A DNA stretch of 64,000 nt. Origin: Roseibium sp. (GTDB taxonomy: Bacteria; Pseudomonadota; Alphaproteobacteria; Rhizobiales; Stappiaceae). Below, piece after piece: positions 55,847 to 64,000 of this stretch (the stretch's first letter is position 1; the number at the start of each line of letters is the position of its first letter). The notes under the pieces were generated by a model that made no database searches, was not told where the DNA came from, and was given only the letters and a program-made list of their open reading frames with translations. The translations under genes were made by a program, and so were the position numbers. The DNA lies in contig JBDWMJ010000018.1 of NCBI GenBank assembly GCA_039972695.1, forward strand, positions 233,749 through 297,748, given 5' to 3'.

Positions 55847-56503
55847 TCAGTGAATGAGGAGCGTTTTCTTTCTAAAAGATATTCGCCAAGGCTCTGCCAG
55901 CTCCGAAAGCGTGGCGAGTTTTGATGCGATTTCCCGGTCAAGGCCCGAATTGAATCGCGCAATGACAACGTCTCTCAAAACCCACTCAGGGCAGGGGCGG
56001 TCGACAATCCCAAGGGTATCATCGGCCTTGATATGTCCGGCTTCCAAAACCCTGTAGTACCAACCGGTCTTGCCCGTTTTCTGGAATGCCGCCGCCATCC
56101 CGGGGTTTCCTGTGTGCATGTTGAGTTTCCAGCAAGGCTGGCGGCCTTGCGAGATCTGCAGGCGTGTCGAGCCAGCAGCGATAACATCGCCGATGCACAG
56201 GTTTTCCTCGGTAAAGCCTGCAGTCGATATGTTTTCACCTAACCCACCGGGCTTGTAGGCCGCGATCGTATCCGGAAATTGCTCCTGCCATTGGCTGTAA
56301 TGTTCCGATGGGTAGTGGTGAATTGCCTTTTCCAATCCACCATGCACGGTCAAGTCGGCCTGTTGATCGAGAATAAATCCAGTTTCGTTTACCTCCTGCA
56401 TACCCTCGACACGCGCCTTGTGGATGGCTGAGGGCTCTTTGCCCTCCCAGAGTTGTTCAGGTTGGCCGAGGTAAAGCCCCAAGACGGAAGCTGCCTTGTC
56501 CAT
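55847..56503 (-). CDS. MOSC domain protein (YiiM-like)
   Basis: …GENISTAGFTEENLCIGD…RQPCWKLN…TGWYYRVLEAGHIKADD… are typical of MOSC/YiiM. The ATG at 56503 has GAGGAA upstream. Confidence 0.8.
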   Translation of the reverse strand: MDKAASVLGLYLGQPEQLWEGKEPSAIHKARVEGMQEVNETGFILDQQADLTVHGGLEKAIHHYPSEHYSQWQEQFPDTIAAYKPGGLGENISTAGFTEENLCIGDVIAAGSTRLQISQGRQPCWKLNMHTGNPGMAAAFQKTGKTGWYYRVLEAGHIKADDTLGIVDRPCPEWVLRDVVIARFNSGLDREIASKLATLSELAEPWRISFRKKTLLIH

Positions 56504-56551
56504 AAGATGATTCCTCGTAATAATTTGCCTGATGTCTGCTATCTCATCCAA

Positions 56552-56936
56552 GTTTTAGCACCAAAATATGCGACTAGCAGGATTGCTGACTAACAATTCT
56601 AGGTGCGAACAAGATATTTAGGCGTGGAATTTATTAAGTGCAATTCAGGGTAGCTTTTTCTTCGGAAATTTTCCTGATCCATAAGTCTGGTATTGATCGA
56701 AAGTATAATTATCAAATAAAACAAAGCCTTAAATATATATTGCATTTTTTTGATATCAAAAAAAAAATCAGTAACATTGTTATTATTGCATATAGTAATT
56801 CTTGGGTGTTGTTAATTGTAACCTGATTGTTGCTTGTGAATACTATATTTGCTTGGTGTTGAAACACTGATTGTTAAGACGTTCGTGGAACCGTAGCGGC
56901 TGGTTGTGCTCAATAGCACTTCAGTTCCTAGGGGGA
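56552..56936. other. strongly AT-rich divergent promoter region (MOSC / SBP)
   Basis: About 385 bp, roughly 30% G+C by eye. Contains T7-GATATC-A10 (56745-56767) and CTGATTGTT direct repeats (56823-56831, 56867-56875). Confidence 0.6.
56745..56767. repeat. T7-GATATC-A10 palindrome / homopolymer tracts
   Basis: tttttttgatatcaaaaaaaaaa read directly from the sequence. Confidence 0.7.
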
Positions 56937-56942
56937 ATGAGA

Positions 56943-58112
56943 ATGAAATTGTTTGACCGGAAGTCCGTAGCAGCAGCCATGGCTGCGACTGCGATGGTAA
57001 TGGTCGCACCGGCGATCGCTGAGGACGGTGTTTCTGACGGCAAGATCGTGTTCGGCCAGGCTGCGGCTCTCGAAGGCCCGGCTGCTGCTCTGGGCACAGG
57101 CATGAAGCTTGGTCTTGAAGCTGCGTTTGCAGAGGCAAACAGCAACGGTGGTGTTCATGGTCGCCAGATCGAACTTATTAGTTACGACGATGGTTACGAG
57201 CCTGACCGCTCTATCGCTCAGGTAAACAAGCTGATCAAGGAAGACAAGGTGTTCGGTCTTATAGGACCTGTCGGAACGCCAACATCCAAGGCCACACAGC
57301 CAATTGCGACTGCGGCCAAGGTTCCTTTCGTTGGGCCGTTCACAGGTGCCGGTTTCTTGCGCGACCCTGCGCATGGTAACATTGTGAATGTTCGAGCCAC
57401 CTATGGCGCAGAAACAGAAGCCTGGGTTCAGCATCTTCATGATGACCTTAAGCTCGACAAGATTGCCATCCTGTATCAGGACGACGGCTTCGGTCGTGTC
57501 GGATTGGCAGGTGTAAACGCTGCTCTAGAAAAACGTGGCCTTAGCCTCGTTGCTGAAGGCACCTATCAACGGAATACCACAGCGGTAAAGTCGGCTCTTC
57601 TGGAGATCCGCAAAGCAAAACCGCAAGCCGTGGTGATGGTTGGCGCCTACAAGCCGATTGCCGAGTTCATCAAGCTCGCTCGCAAGGTTAAATTGGATGC
57701 CAAGTTCGTCAATATTTCCTTTGTGGGATCCAAGGCCCTGTCTGCGGAATTGGGTGACGCTGGAGAAGGCGTGATTGTTTCTCAGGTTGTGCCATTCCCA
57801 TGGGATGACAGCATTCCGATGGTAAAAGCCTACCAGGCAGCTCTCAAGGCAGTCGATCCGGCCGCAGAACCAGGGTTCGTAACGCTTGAAGGTTACGTTG
57901 TCGGTAAACTTGCCGTCATGGGCCTCGAAAAGGCAGGCAAGGATGTAACCCGCGAAAACTTCCTGAATGCATTCTGGTCAACCGGTGCCTTCGATCTAGG
58001 CGGTGTCACATTGACATTTGGTCCTGGCGATAGCCAAGGCATGGATGATGTCTTCATGACTGATATCCAAAAAGATGGAAGCTTTGCGCCGATCAACAAG
58101 ACCGGTAGCTAA
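56943..58112 (+). CDS. periplasmic binding protein, LivJ/branched-chain amino-acid (type 1 PBP) family, orphan
   Basis: Signal peptide ...AMVMVAPAIA, then KIVFGQAAALEGPAAALG…, LIGPVGTPT, and the general type-1 PBP layout. I chose the ATG at 56943 (AGGGGGA 7 nt upstream). Confidence 0.85.
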   Translation: MKLFDRKSVAAAMAATAMVMVAPAIAEDGVSDGKIVFGQAAALEGPAAALGTGMKLGLEAAFAEANSNGGVHGRQIELISYDDGYEPDRSIAQVNKLIKEDKVFGLIGPVGTPTSKATQPIATAAKVPFVGPFTGAGFLRDPAHGNIVNVRATYGAETEAWVQHLHDDLKLDKIAILYQDDGFGRVGLAGVNAALEKRGLSLVAEGTYQRNTTAVKSALLEIRKAKPQAVVMVGAYKPIAEFIKLARKVKLDAKFVNISFVGSKALSAELGDAGEGVIVSQVVPFPWDDSIPMVKAYQAALKAVDPAAEPGFVTLEGYVVGKLAVMGLEKAGKDVTRENFLNAFWSTGAFDLGGVTLTFGPGDSQGMDDVFMTDIQKDGSFAPINKTGS

Positions 58113-58119
58113 TCGCTGA

Positions 58120-58164
58120 CTTGCGCGCCGGTGTCGGGCAGACATTACCGGCGCGCAAGTTTTA
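58120..58164 (+). terminator. rho-independent terminator after the orphan SBP gene
   Basis: 13-bp perfect stem CTTGCGCGCCGGT-N14-ACCGGCGCGCAAG followed by TTTTA. Confidence 0.85.
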
Positions 58165-58204
58165 TATCCAAAGTCAATGCAATCGCGGGATTGGGTAGGG
58201 CGCT

Positions 58205-60781
58205 GTGAAACTAAAAATCAAAAAAGCCATGTCGATCGGTTCAGGCAAGCCACTGATTAAACTGAGAATTCGCGGTAAACTGTTTGCCGCAGTCGGATCA
58301 ATCGTTGCCCTCACTGCAGTCGCTGTCGGAATTGGTCTTTACTCCTTCCGATCCGTTGAAAGCGGGTTTGATCAACTTGCGCAATACAGCCTGCCGTCGA
58401 TCGGAAGCGCTGCGAGATTGGCTGTAACCAGTGCTGATATTGCTGCCGCCGCAGGCGCAGTTGCCAATAGCATCACCGAAGAACAACAAGCTGCGGCCTT
58501 CGCGGCTCTTCAGAATTCCGTGCAAACCTTGCACGATAACGAAAAGACGATTGTCCACACCAAGACAAACGCCGATATCATTCGGATTCTTGAAACGGAA
58601 AGTGGATCCTTCGAAGAAAGCCTCGGCGCGCTTGATGAGACAACTCGGACCTTGATCTCAGCGCGAGACGCTAAAAACCTCCGCCTGCAGGACCTGTTCA
58701 CGACATTTGATGGGATCAACAAGGTCATTACACCGGTTGTCGATGATGCCTATTTTACCGTTGTTCTAGGCGGTGAAGACGCCATGGAGCAAGGCAGGGC
58801 GCTTGTCAGTAACCTTGCAGACAAGGAAATGGGCAAACTTCGGATGTTCCTGGAATTACGAGCGGAAACAAATCTGCTTGCTGGTCTGGCTGAAACGGTT
58901 GCTTACGTTGATGATGCGGCCCTCGCGACCTTGTTTGAAGACAAGGTGACGGCGACAAATGCCAAGATTGCGGAACTGCGTTCACAAATGAGCGCTGAAG
59001 GACTGGAAACCGGCGCTGACGACGCATTCGACAGTCTGGTGGAACTATCCATAAAAATCGCGAGTGATAGGACCTCAGCGACCTATATCTCATCCAGTCA
59101 CCAACGTCAGGTCCTCGATACGGCAATCAAACTGCAGAAGGCAATCGATGATGCACTCATCACACAGATCGATGATCGCCTGTTTACACTGACAATCGAC
59201 ACGGAAACGGCTGTCGACGAGAATTCGGCCCTGATCTCCGACTTGTTGAACAATCAGGTTGGGGAGTTGAAAAAAACAATTGAAGCCCAGGCATTTGCCA
59301 ACAAATTCGTGGCAACGCTTGTCCAAGGCGGTCTGACAACCAATCCGGACTTGATCATTCCAATTCAGGAAAAGATTACCGCAGACGCCAAGCATATGGC
59401 TGACGGCCTGGGGAGTCTTGAACTGGCAGAAGTAAAAGAAAAGCTCGCCAAGTTGTTGAGTTTTGGTGATCCTGAAACAGGGCTTCTGGTGGATCATGTT
59501 TATCAGCTGAAGCGCGCCGCTGCCGCAGAAGCGCAGGTGCGGCAAATGTCGCAGGCCGTGGAACGTATCGGCGGTGCCGTGACTGAACTCATCGAGTTGG
59601 AGCTTCAAACTGTAAAGACTGACTCCGTTTCTGTGAAAGAATTGTTCTCTCGGGGAGCAACTGCCCTGATCATCGTCGGTGTTGCCAGTCTGTTGATCAC
59701 CGGTCTTATTAGTGTTCTTGTTGTTGATCGTGGCCTAGCCAGTCCACTGGCGAACCTTGTAAATGCGACCCGACAGCTTGCTGATGGAGACCTGAATGTC
59801 GATATCAAGGTTCTGAAACGGCAGGACGAAATTGGTGAGTTGTCATCGGCTCTGATGGTGTTCAAGGAAAATGCCATTGAACGTCAGGATCTGCAGGCTA
59901 GATCCCAGGACGAACAGCAGGCTCAGGCTGTCCGCCAGCAGAATATTGAGCAGCTGATCGTCGAGTTCAGAAGTGAAATTGAAGCTGTCCTTGGCAATGT
60001 CAGTGCAAACATGGATCAGATGCAGGCGACAGCAGATGCGTTGAACCAGGTTTCGAACGAGTCTGCCGGACTTGCCTCAGATGCTTCGGAAAACTCGACG
60101 ACTGCTTCCGACAATGTTGATTCTGTCGCCACGGCGGCGGAGGAGCTGGCTTCTTCCATTACCGAAATCGGAGAGCAGGTGACACGTGCAACGCAAATCG
60201 TGACCGATGCGACTGGCAAAGCAAGAATCACGACCGAAAAGGTTCAAGGCCTTGCTGATGGTGCCACCAAAATCGGTGAAGTGGTTACCTTGATCCAGGC
60301 GATTGCCGAACAGACCAATCTGCTTGCGCTGAATGCGACGATTGAAGCAGCACGTGCCGGAGATGCCGGTCGCGGGTTCGCTGTTGTCGCGTCTGAAGTG
60401 AAGGAACTGGCGACACAGACATCTAGGGCTACTGAAGAAATTGGCGCACAGATTGAGGCCATTCAAGGAGCAACGAATGAGTCGGTGCAGGCGATTCAGG
60501 AAATTCGGGACACGATGGAAGAGGCAGATGCAACGACGGCAGCCATTGCTGCGGCAGTCGAAGAGCAGGATGCATCAACTTCCATGATTTCTGAAAACGT
60601 CCGGGCTGCGGCTGTCGGCACCAAAGGTGTTACGCAGAATATTTCCGGCGTGCAGAACGCAGTGTCTGAAGCCGTCCAATCGGCCAGTCAGGTCAAATCA
60701 GCTTCCGATGAAGTTGCCGAGCAGACACTGCATCTCAAATCCGTCGTAGACGGATTCCTGGATAAAGTCGCCGCGGCCTGA
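58205..60781 (+). CDS. methyl-accepting chemotaxis protein with all-helical ectodomain of about 435 aa and HAMP
   Basis: TM1 at about residues 26-48 and TM2 at about residues 484-507, then HAMP ([21 protein letters not shown]…). Tip [32 protein letters not shown]. Start is GTG 58205 or ATG 58229. Confidence 0.9.
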   Translation: MKLKIKKAMSIGSGKPLIKLRIRGKLFAAVGSIVALTAVAVGIGLYSFRSVESGFDQLAQYSLPSIGSAARLAVTSADIAAAAGAVANSITEEQQAAAFAALQNSVQTLHDNEKTIVHTKTNADIIRILETESGSFEESLGALDETTRTLISARDAKNLRLQDLFTTFDGINKVITPVVDDAYFTVVLGGEDAMEQGRALVSNLADKEMGKLRMFLELRAETNLLAGLAETVAYVDDAALATLFEDKVTATNAKIAELRSQMSAEGLETGADDAFDSLVELSIKIASDRTSATYISSSHQRQVLDTAIKLQKAIDDALITQIDDRLFTLTIDTETAVDENSALISDLLNNQVGELKKTIEAQAFANKFVATLVQGGLTTNPDLIIPIQEKITADAKHMADGLGSLELAEVKEKLAKLLSFGDPETGLLVDHVYQLKRAAAAEAQVRQMSQAVERIGGAVTELIELELQTVKTDSVSVKELFSRGATALIIVGVASLLITGLISVLVVDRGLASPLANLVNATRQLADGDLNVDIKVLKRQDEIGELSSALMVFKENAIERQDLQARSQDEQQAQAVRQQNIEQLIVEFRSEIEAVLGNVSANMDQMQATADALNQVSNESAGLASDASENSTTASDNVDSVATAAEELASSITEIGEQVTRATQIVTDATGKARITTEKVQGLADGATKIGEVVTLIQAIAEQTNLLALNATIEAARAGDAGRGFAVVASEVKELATQTSRATEEIGAQIEAIQGATNESVQAIQEIRDTMEEADATTAAIAAAVEEQDASTSMISENVRAAAVGTKGVTQNISGVQNAVSEAVQSASQVKSASDEVAEQTLHLKSVVDGFLDKVAAA

Positions 60782-60800
60782 TTTTCACAAAGTCAGCGAA

Positions 60801-60828
60801 AAAAGGTCGACCTATTGGCCGACCTTTT
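60801..60828. terminator. bidirectional terminator between convergent MCP and prs
   Basis: AAAAGGTCG-N10-CGACCTTTT with A/T runs on both sides. Confidence 0.75.
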
Positions 60829-60830
60829 TG

Positions 60831-61763
60831 TTAGCTGAACAGGCTGGAAACAGATTTTTCCAAAGCTGTTCGATTGACCGCTTCACCTATCAGGGGTGCA
60901 ATCGAAATTGCACGAATGTTGGCCGCTGCGGTGATCGCAGCTGTCGGTTCTATAGAGTTGGTAATCACCAGCTCTTTGAGTTTAGACGACGTCACGCGAG
61001 CGACAGCACCGCCTGACAACACGCCGTGAGTGATATAGGCGGTTACGGACTTGGCACCTTTGGCCAGCAGCGCGTCTGCGGCATTGCAAAGCGTTCCACC
61101 ACTGTCGACGATGTCGTCGACCAGTATGCAGTCAAAGCCATTCACATCACCGATGATGTTCATGACTTCAGATTCTCCAGGTTTGTCGCGACGTTTGTCT
61201 ACAATGGAAAGCGGAGCTTCGATGCGCTTTGCAAGAGCTCTAGCACGAACCACACCACCTACATCAGGTGAAACCACCATGACATTGTCGGTCGCGTAAC
61301 GCTCCTTGATATCTCGGGTCATCACCGGTGCAGCAAACAGGTTGTCTGTCGGGATATCGAAAAAACCCTGAATCTGTCCAGCATGGAGATCCAGGGTCAA
61401 AATACGGTCTGCACCAGCTTCTGTAATCAGGTTGGCTACCAGCTTGGCCGAGATTGGCGTTCGGCCCGAAGCCCGTCGATCTTGGCGCGCATAACCGAAA
61501 TATGGAATAACAGCTGTAATCCTGCGCGCTGACGATCTGCGGAGCGCATCGATAATGATGAGCAGCTCCATCAGATGGTCATTGGCCGGATAACTGGTCG
61601 GCTGAACGACAAAGACGTCTTCGCCGCGCACATTTTCCTGGATTTCTACAAAGATTTCCTGGTCGGCAAAGCGCCGAACCTGGCATTTGGCTAGCGGAAC
61701 ATCCAGATATTTGGAAATTTCCTCAGCCAGGGCTCGGTTTGAATTGCCCGCGACGATCTTCAT
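60831..61763 (-). CDS. prs: ribose-phosphate pyrophosphokinase
   Basis: [11 protein letters not shown] and PRPP loop [14 protein letters not shown] prefer the ATG at 61763 (MKIVAGNSN…). Confidence 0.95.
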   Translation of the reverse strand: MKIVAGNSNRALAEEISKYLDVPLAKCQVRRFADQEIFVEIQENVRGEDVFVVQPTSYPANDHLMELLIIIDALRRSSARRITAVIPYFGYARQDRRASGRTPISAKLVANLITEAGADRILTLDLHAGQIQGFFDIPTDNLFAAPVMTRDIKERYATDNVMVVSPDVGGVVRARALAKRIEAPLSIVDKRRDKPGESEVMNIIGDVNGFDCILVDDIVDSGGTLCNAADALLAKGAKSVTAYITHGVLSGGAVARVTSSKLKELVITNSIEPTAAITAAANIRAISIAPLIGEAVNRTALEKSVSSLFS

Positions 61764-62002
61764 GAGCCGCAAGTCCTTCTGGTGCAATACCGTTCCTGCT
61801 CAACCTGAATGGTCGTACAGTTCGGCGGAAAGGGCCTAGGTCGTTAGGTGCCTATTGCCGAGTTTTGCGCTTGGTTGCAACTCTTGGCAGGCGGCGGCGT
61901 TGTAACAATCAACCAGACAGATCACAACCGGTCCAAAGGCATAAAAACTGTCTTTTTTTCGTTTTTGTAAAGCCGCGAACTGTTTAACCGATTAATCTTT
62001 TC

Positions 62003-62530
62003 CTAGCGACGGTTTAACCAGGCTTTGATTTCAACTACAGATCGTTGAGCTACTCTGTTGAGAGTTCCGCTTGAAACTGCTTGCCAGGGGTCGCCGATAC
62101 TGCCGCCAGTTTCTTCTGTTCCTGAGATTCGCTTGAGGCGTTTTCCCGAACGATCAACAATATCGAACACATAAAAGACAGTGCCTTTTCCAGGTTGGCC
62201 CGTAGCGGCAAGATAACCATTGACCCTGTAAGTTGCATCCGCTCCGACGCGCCTGACGAGAGTTAGACCCTGAGCAGAGGCTGCGGATCCAATTGCACTG
62301 GACAAGTCGTCAGCAATGTTTCCAGGAGCACCCGTAAATGGTTCGAAGGCAAAGGTAACCCCCTGTTCTTCGTCTACGGAGTTCCAGATTGCTGGCTGTG
62401 CGGGAGCTGACGAAATCGCGGAAGGTGGCTGCGGCGATGACTGGCAGGCTACAAGTCCCAAAAGCACTAGCAGACTTGCCAAGGACCTCAGAGAAGAGCG
62501 AAAAAATAGTCTGCTGGCAATATTGGACAT
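62003..62530 (-). CDS. hypothetical lipoprotein
   Basis: Signal peptide with lipobox LLGLVAC, then a Ser/Pro-rich linker and a soluble domain of about 130 aa. Confidence 0.65.
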   Translation of the reverse strand: MSNIASRLFFRSSLRSLASLLVLLGLVACQSSPQPPSAISSAPAQPAIWNSVDEEQGVTFAFEPFTGAPGNIADDLSSAIGSAASAQGLTLVRRVGADATYRVNGYLAATGQPGKGTVFYVFDIVDRSGKRLKRISGTEETGGSIGDPWQAVSSGTLNRVAQRSVVEIKAWLNRR

Positions 62531-62733
62531 AAATCTGTTCAGGCCCGGCTAATGCAATTGGGAGAGGCCGTTGCAAGCAACATGGCTTGCCGCAGACTCC
62601 GAGTCAGGAATTGGTTTAACCCGACTTGATCGACAGGTCGAGGGGGCGAGTGGATAAGCTCAATTATTGTTGGAAGATCGGCACAGTTTTTGACACTCCA
62701 GCGCGGCGAAAGAATTGGCGGTCTGAAAAAATC

Positions 62734-63498
62734 TCATTTCAGAACAATAGCACTAAATTGACGACCGTAGTCCGGTTCCTTGCGATGTGTGGTTCGTCTG
62801 TAGGAAAAAAACAGTTTTTCATCCGAGTAGGTGCAGAGACCCAGATTCGAAACTTTCGCCAAGCCGAGGCGGTTCAAGTCGTCGATAATGAAGTTCTGGA
62901 GATCGAACAGATAATGCCCGGGCCGATCTGAAGGAATAAAATAGCGAGTATTTTTAGTGTTCTCTGCTGCAAAACGCTCATAAAATTCCGGGCCGACTTC
63001 GTATGCGTTTTGAGAGATCGTTGGTCCCAAGACAGCAATGATGTTTTGCCGATTGGAGCCGAGAGACTCCATAGCGGTGACAGTGTTCTCCAGAATGCCG
63101 GTAATCGCACCTTTCCAGCCCGAATGCGCTGCACCAATGATCCTCGCATCAGGATCTGCAAAAAGAACTGGGCCACAGTCCGCTGTTGCTATCGCCAAAG
63201 CAAGGCCTGGAGTGCGTGTAACCAGTGCGTCGGCTTTTCGATTTGCACCTTCTGCCCAAGGCTTGTCTAAAACGATTACATCAGAGGAGTGAATTTGATA
63301 GGGAGACACAAGACGGTTTAGATCCGTGCTTAAGGCCTCGGCAATTCTTTGGCGGTTCTCCAGAACATTCTCACGAACATCGTTTGAACCGAGACCTATA
63401 TTTAGGCTTTCATAAATGCCTTCTGAAACACCGCCTTGACGGGTAAAAAAACCGTGTTGGAATCCGCCCAATTTCAAGTCTTCTGCTTCAAGTTTCAT
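62734..63498 (-). CDS. pgeF: peptidoglycan editing factor PgeF / YfiH (DUF152, laccase-domain) family
   Basis: GFFTRQGGVS, ADALVT, TADCGPVLF, HSGWKG (His-Cys-His centre). The ATG at 63498 has GGAGA upstream. Confidence 0.85.
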   Translation of the reverse strand: MKLEAEDLKLGGFQHGFFTRQGGVSEGIYESLNIGLGSNDVRENVLENRQRIAEALSTDLNRLVSPYQIHSSDVIVLDKPWAEGANRKADALVTRTPGLALAIATADCGPVLFADPDARIIGAAHSGWKGAITGILENTVTAMESLGSNRQNIIAVLGPTISQNAYEVGPEFYERFAAENTKNTRYFIPSDRPGHYLFDLQNFIIDDLNRLGLAKVSNLGLCTYSDEKLFFSYRRTTHRKEPDYGRQFSAIVLK

Positions 63499-63549
63499 TC
63501 GAAATCTCCGGCAACGGGTCAGGCTTTTCAATCCACGCGTATCAGTCAC

Positions 63550-64000
63550 TCAACCTTGGATGTCGAAAGGTGGCAAGACGACATCACCGCCCGTTATCGC
63601 AAGTACTTTGAAGAGTTGTCCCATTTGGTCAGGCCCTGCAAGGCGTTCGACCGCTTCGTGTATCGTCTCTTGTTGTTGGCGAGATTTTCCGGAGCCTAGT
63701 CTTCCTGCCCGTTCCAGCAAGCCGGAACGAAGCAGAAATTCGCCTTGCTCCAGAAGTGGGAGGGCAATGGCACCAGATTTTGTTGCGGCGGCAGCCAAGG
63801 CTTCGAAATTTACATGTGCCGTCAGGTCGGCGTTGCCCGGGTTGCTCAACGGGTCATCAAATGTATGTCGGTAAAGTGCCTGTAAAGTGTCGCCGGGAGC
63901 AGATTTTGAGTAGCCATAGTCGATCAAGAGGGCAATGCCGCCATGTTTTGCCAAGTGCGCACCGATGGTTTCTGCAATAGCGTTTGCTGCTGGTTGCGTT
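63550..64000 (-). CDS. SAM-dependent methyltransferase, DUF185/MidA (NDUFAF7-like) family, 5' end outside the window
   Basis: C-terminal part GGIALLIDYGY…GDTLQA…DPL…PGNADLTAHVNFEAL. The reading frame stays open to the window edge. Confidence 0.8.
   Translation of the reverse strand, partial: TQPAANAIAETIGAHLAKHGGIALLIDYGYSKSAPGDTLQALYRHTFDDPLSNPGNADLTAHVNFEALAAAATKSGAIALPLLEQGEFLLRSGLLERAGRLGSGKSRQQQETIHEAVERLAGPDQMGQLFKVLAITGGDVVLPPFDIQG

Noticed and set aside
56638-56826. 62-aa ORF in the AT-rich MOSC/SBP promoter region
   Set aside because: It has a GTG start without an SD, and its Ile/Lys/Phe-rich translation is just what AT-rich non-coding DNA produces. It spans the T7-GATATC-A10 element.
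61900-61965. Possible plus-strand terminator (AGACAG…CTGTCTTTTTTTCGTTTTT) between prs and the lipoprotein gene, hinting at an antisense-oriented sRNA
   Set aside because: The stem is only 6 bp with a loop of about 27 nt. The T-rich run may simply be promoter or UP-element DNA for prs on the other strand. The evidence is too weak to call.
1-64000. Scan for tRNA/rRNA genes, CRISPR repeats, IS elements, integrases, toxin-antitoxin pairs and known defence genes
   Set aside because: - I found no T-loop-like GGTTCGAATCC motifs.
- I found no regularly spaced direct repeats.
- I found no transposase, integrase or phage-like ORFs.
- None of the three GNAT genes has an upstream DUF1778/RHH-type antitoxin partner.
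- The NUDIX and metallophosphoesterase genes look like housekeeping singletons.

Overview
Gene-dense chromosomal segment with about 59 protein-coding genes on both strands. By eye, coding DNA is a little over 50% G+C and several intergenic tracts are sharply AT-rich. Gene content points to an alphaproteobacterium: flbD-type flagellar regulator, petABC, bluB, the MoxR/DUF58/BatA-type operon and TTAA-N7-TTAA boxes. I could not place it more precisely.

I recognised no rRNA, tRNA, CRISPR array, transposase, integrase or phage gene.

Layout:
- 0-4.7 kb: class-II flagellar genes (fliH-like, fliN, flbD, flhA).
- 4.7-11.7 kb: mixed housekeeping genes (GNATs, mtnA, metallophosphoesterase, NUDIX, Xi-class GST).
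- 11.7-18.6 kb: four-gene MoxR AAA+ / DUF58 / BatA_N-DUF4159 / vWA-membrane operon.
- 18.9-21.7 kb: DUF1285, CoA-pyrophosphatase, small TM protein, CCA-transferase operon.
- 21.8-24.4 kb: HD-GYP protein, hemF, trmL.
- 24.5-31.1 kb: two paralogous fused ABC exporters separated by a lower-GC insert carrying DUF2177, a PAS-GGDEF cyclase and a small membrane protein.
- 31.4-34.1 kb: petABC.
- 34.3-37.0 kb: mtnP-apt-bluB-GNAT.
- 37.2-45.4 kb: accessory-looking metabolic/transport block (O-methyltransferase, tandem MaoC hydratases, small secreted protein, two NAD(P) oxidoreductases, DASS and MFS transporters, and a decayed FAH-family gene remnant).
- 45.5-49.8 kb: Fe(3+)-type ABC importer.
- 50.0-52.7 kb: ychF-pth-rplY.
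- 53.0-60.8 kb: chemosensory islet.
- 60.8-64.0 kb: prs, lipoprotein, pgeF, and a DUF185 methyltransferase truncated by the window edge.

No canonical defence or mobile system is visible. The best candidates for undescribed biology:
1. The chemosensory islet, where each of two MCPs is preceded by a secreted stand-alone ligand-binding protein (a free single-Cache protein and an orphan LivJ-type SBP).
2. The poorly understood MoxR-DUF58-vWA envelope operon.
3. A roughly 450-nt leader with small ORFs and a terminator that ends 14 nt before a metallophosphoesterase gene.
4. Two CtrA-box-bearing promoters in front of uncharacterised small proteins.
5. The split ABC-exporter pair with an inserted c-di-GMP module.

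All functional calls rest on motif recognition by eye. No database search was run.
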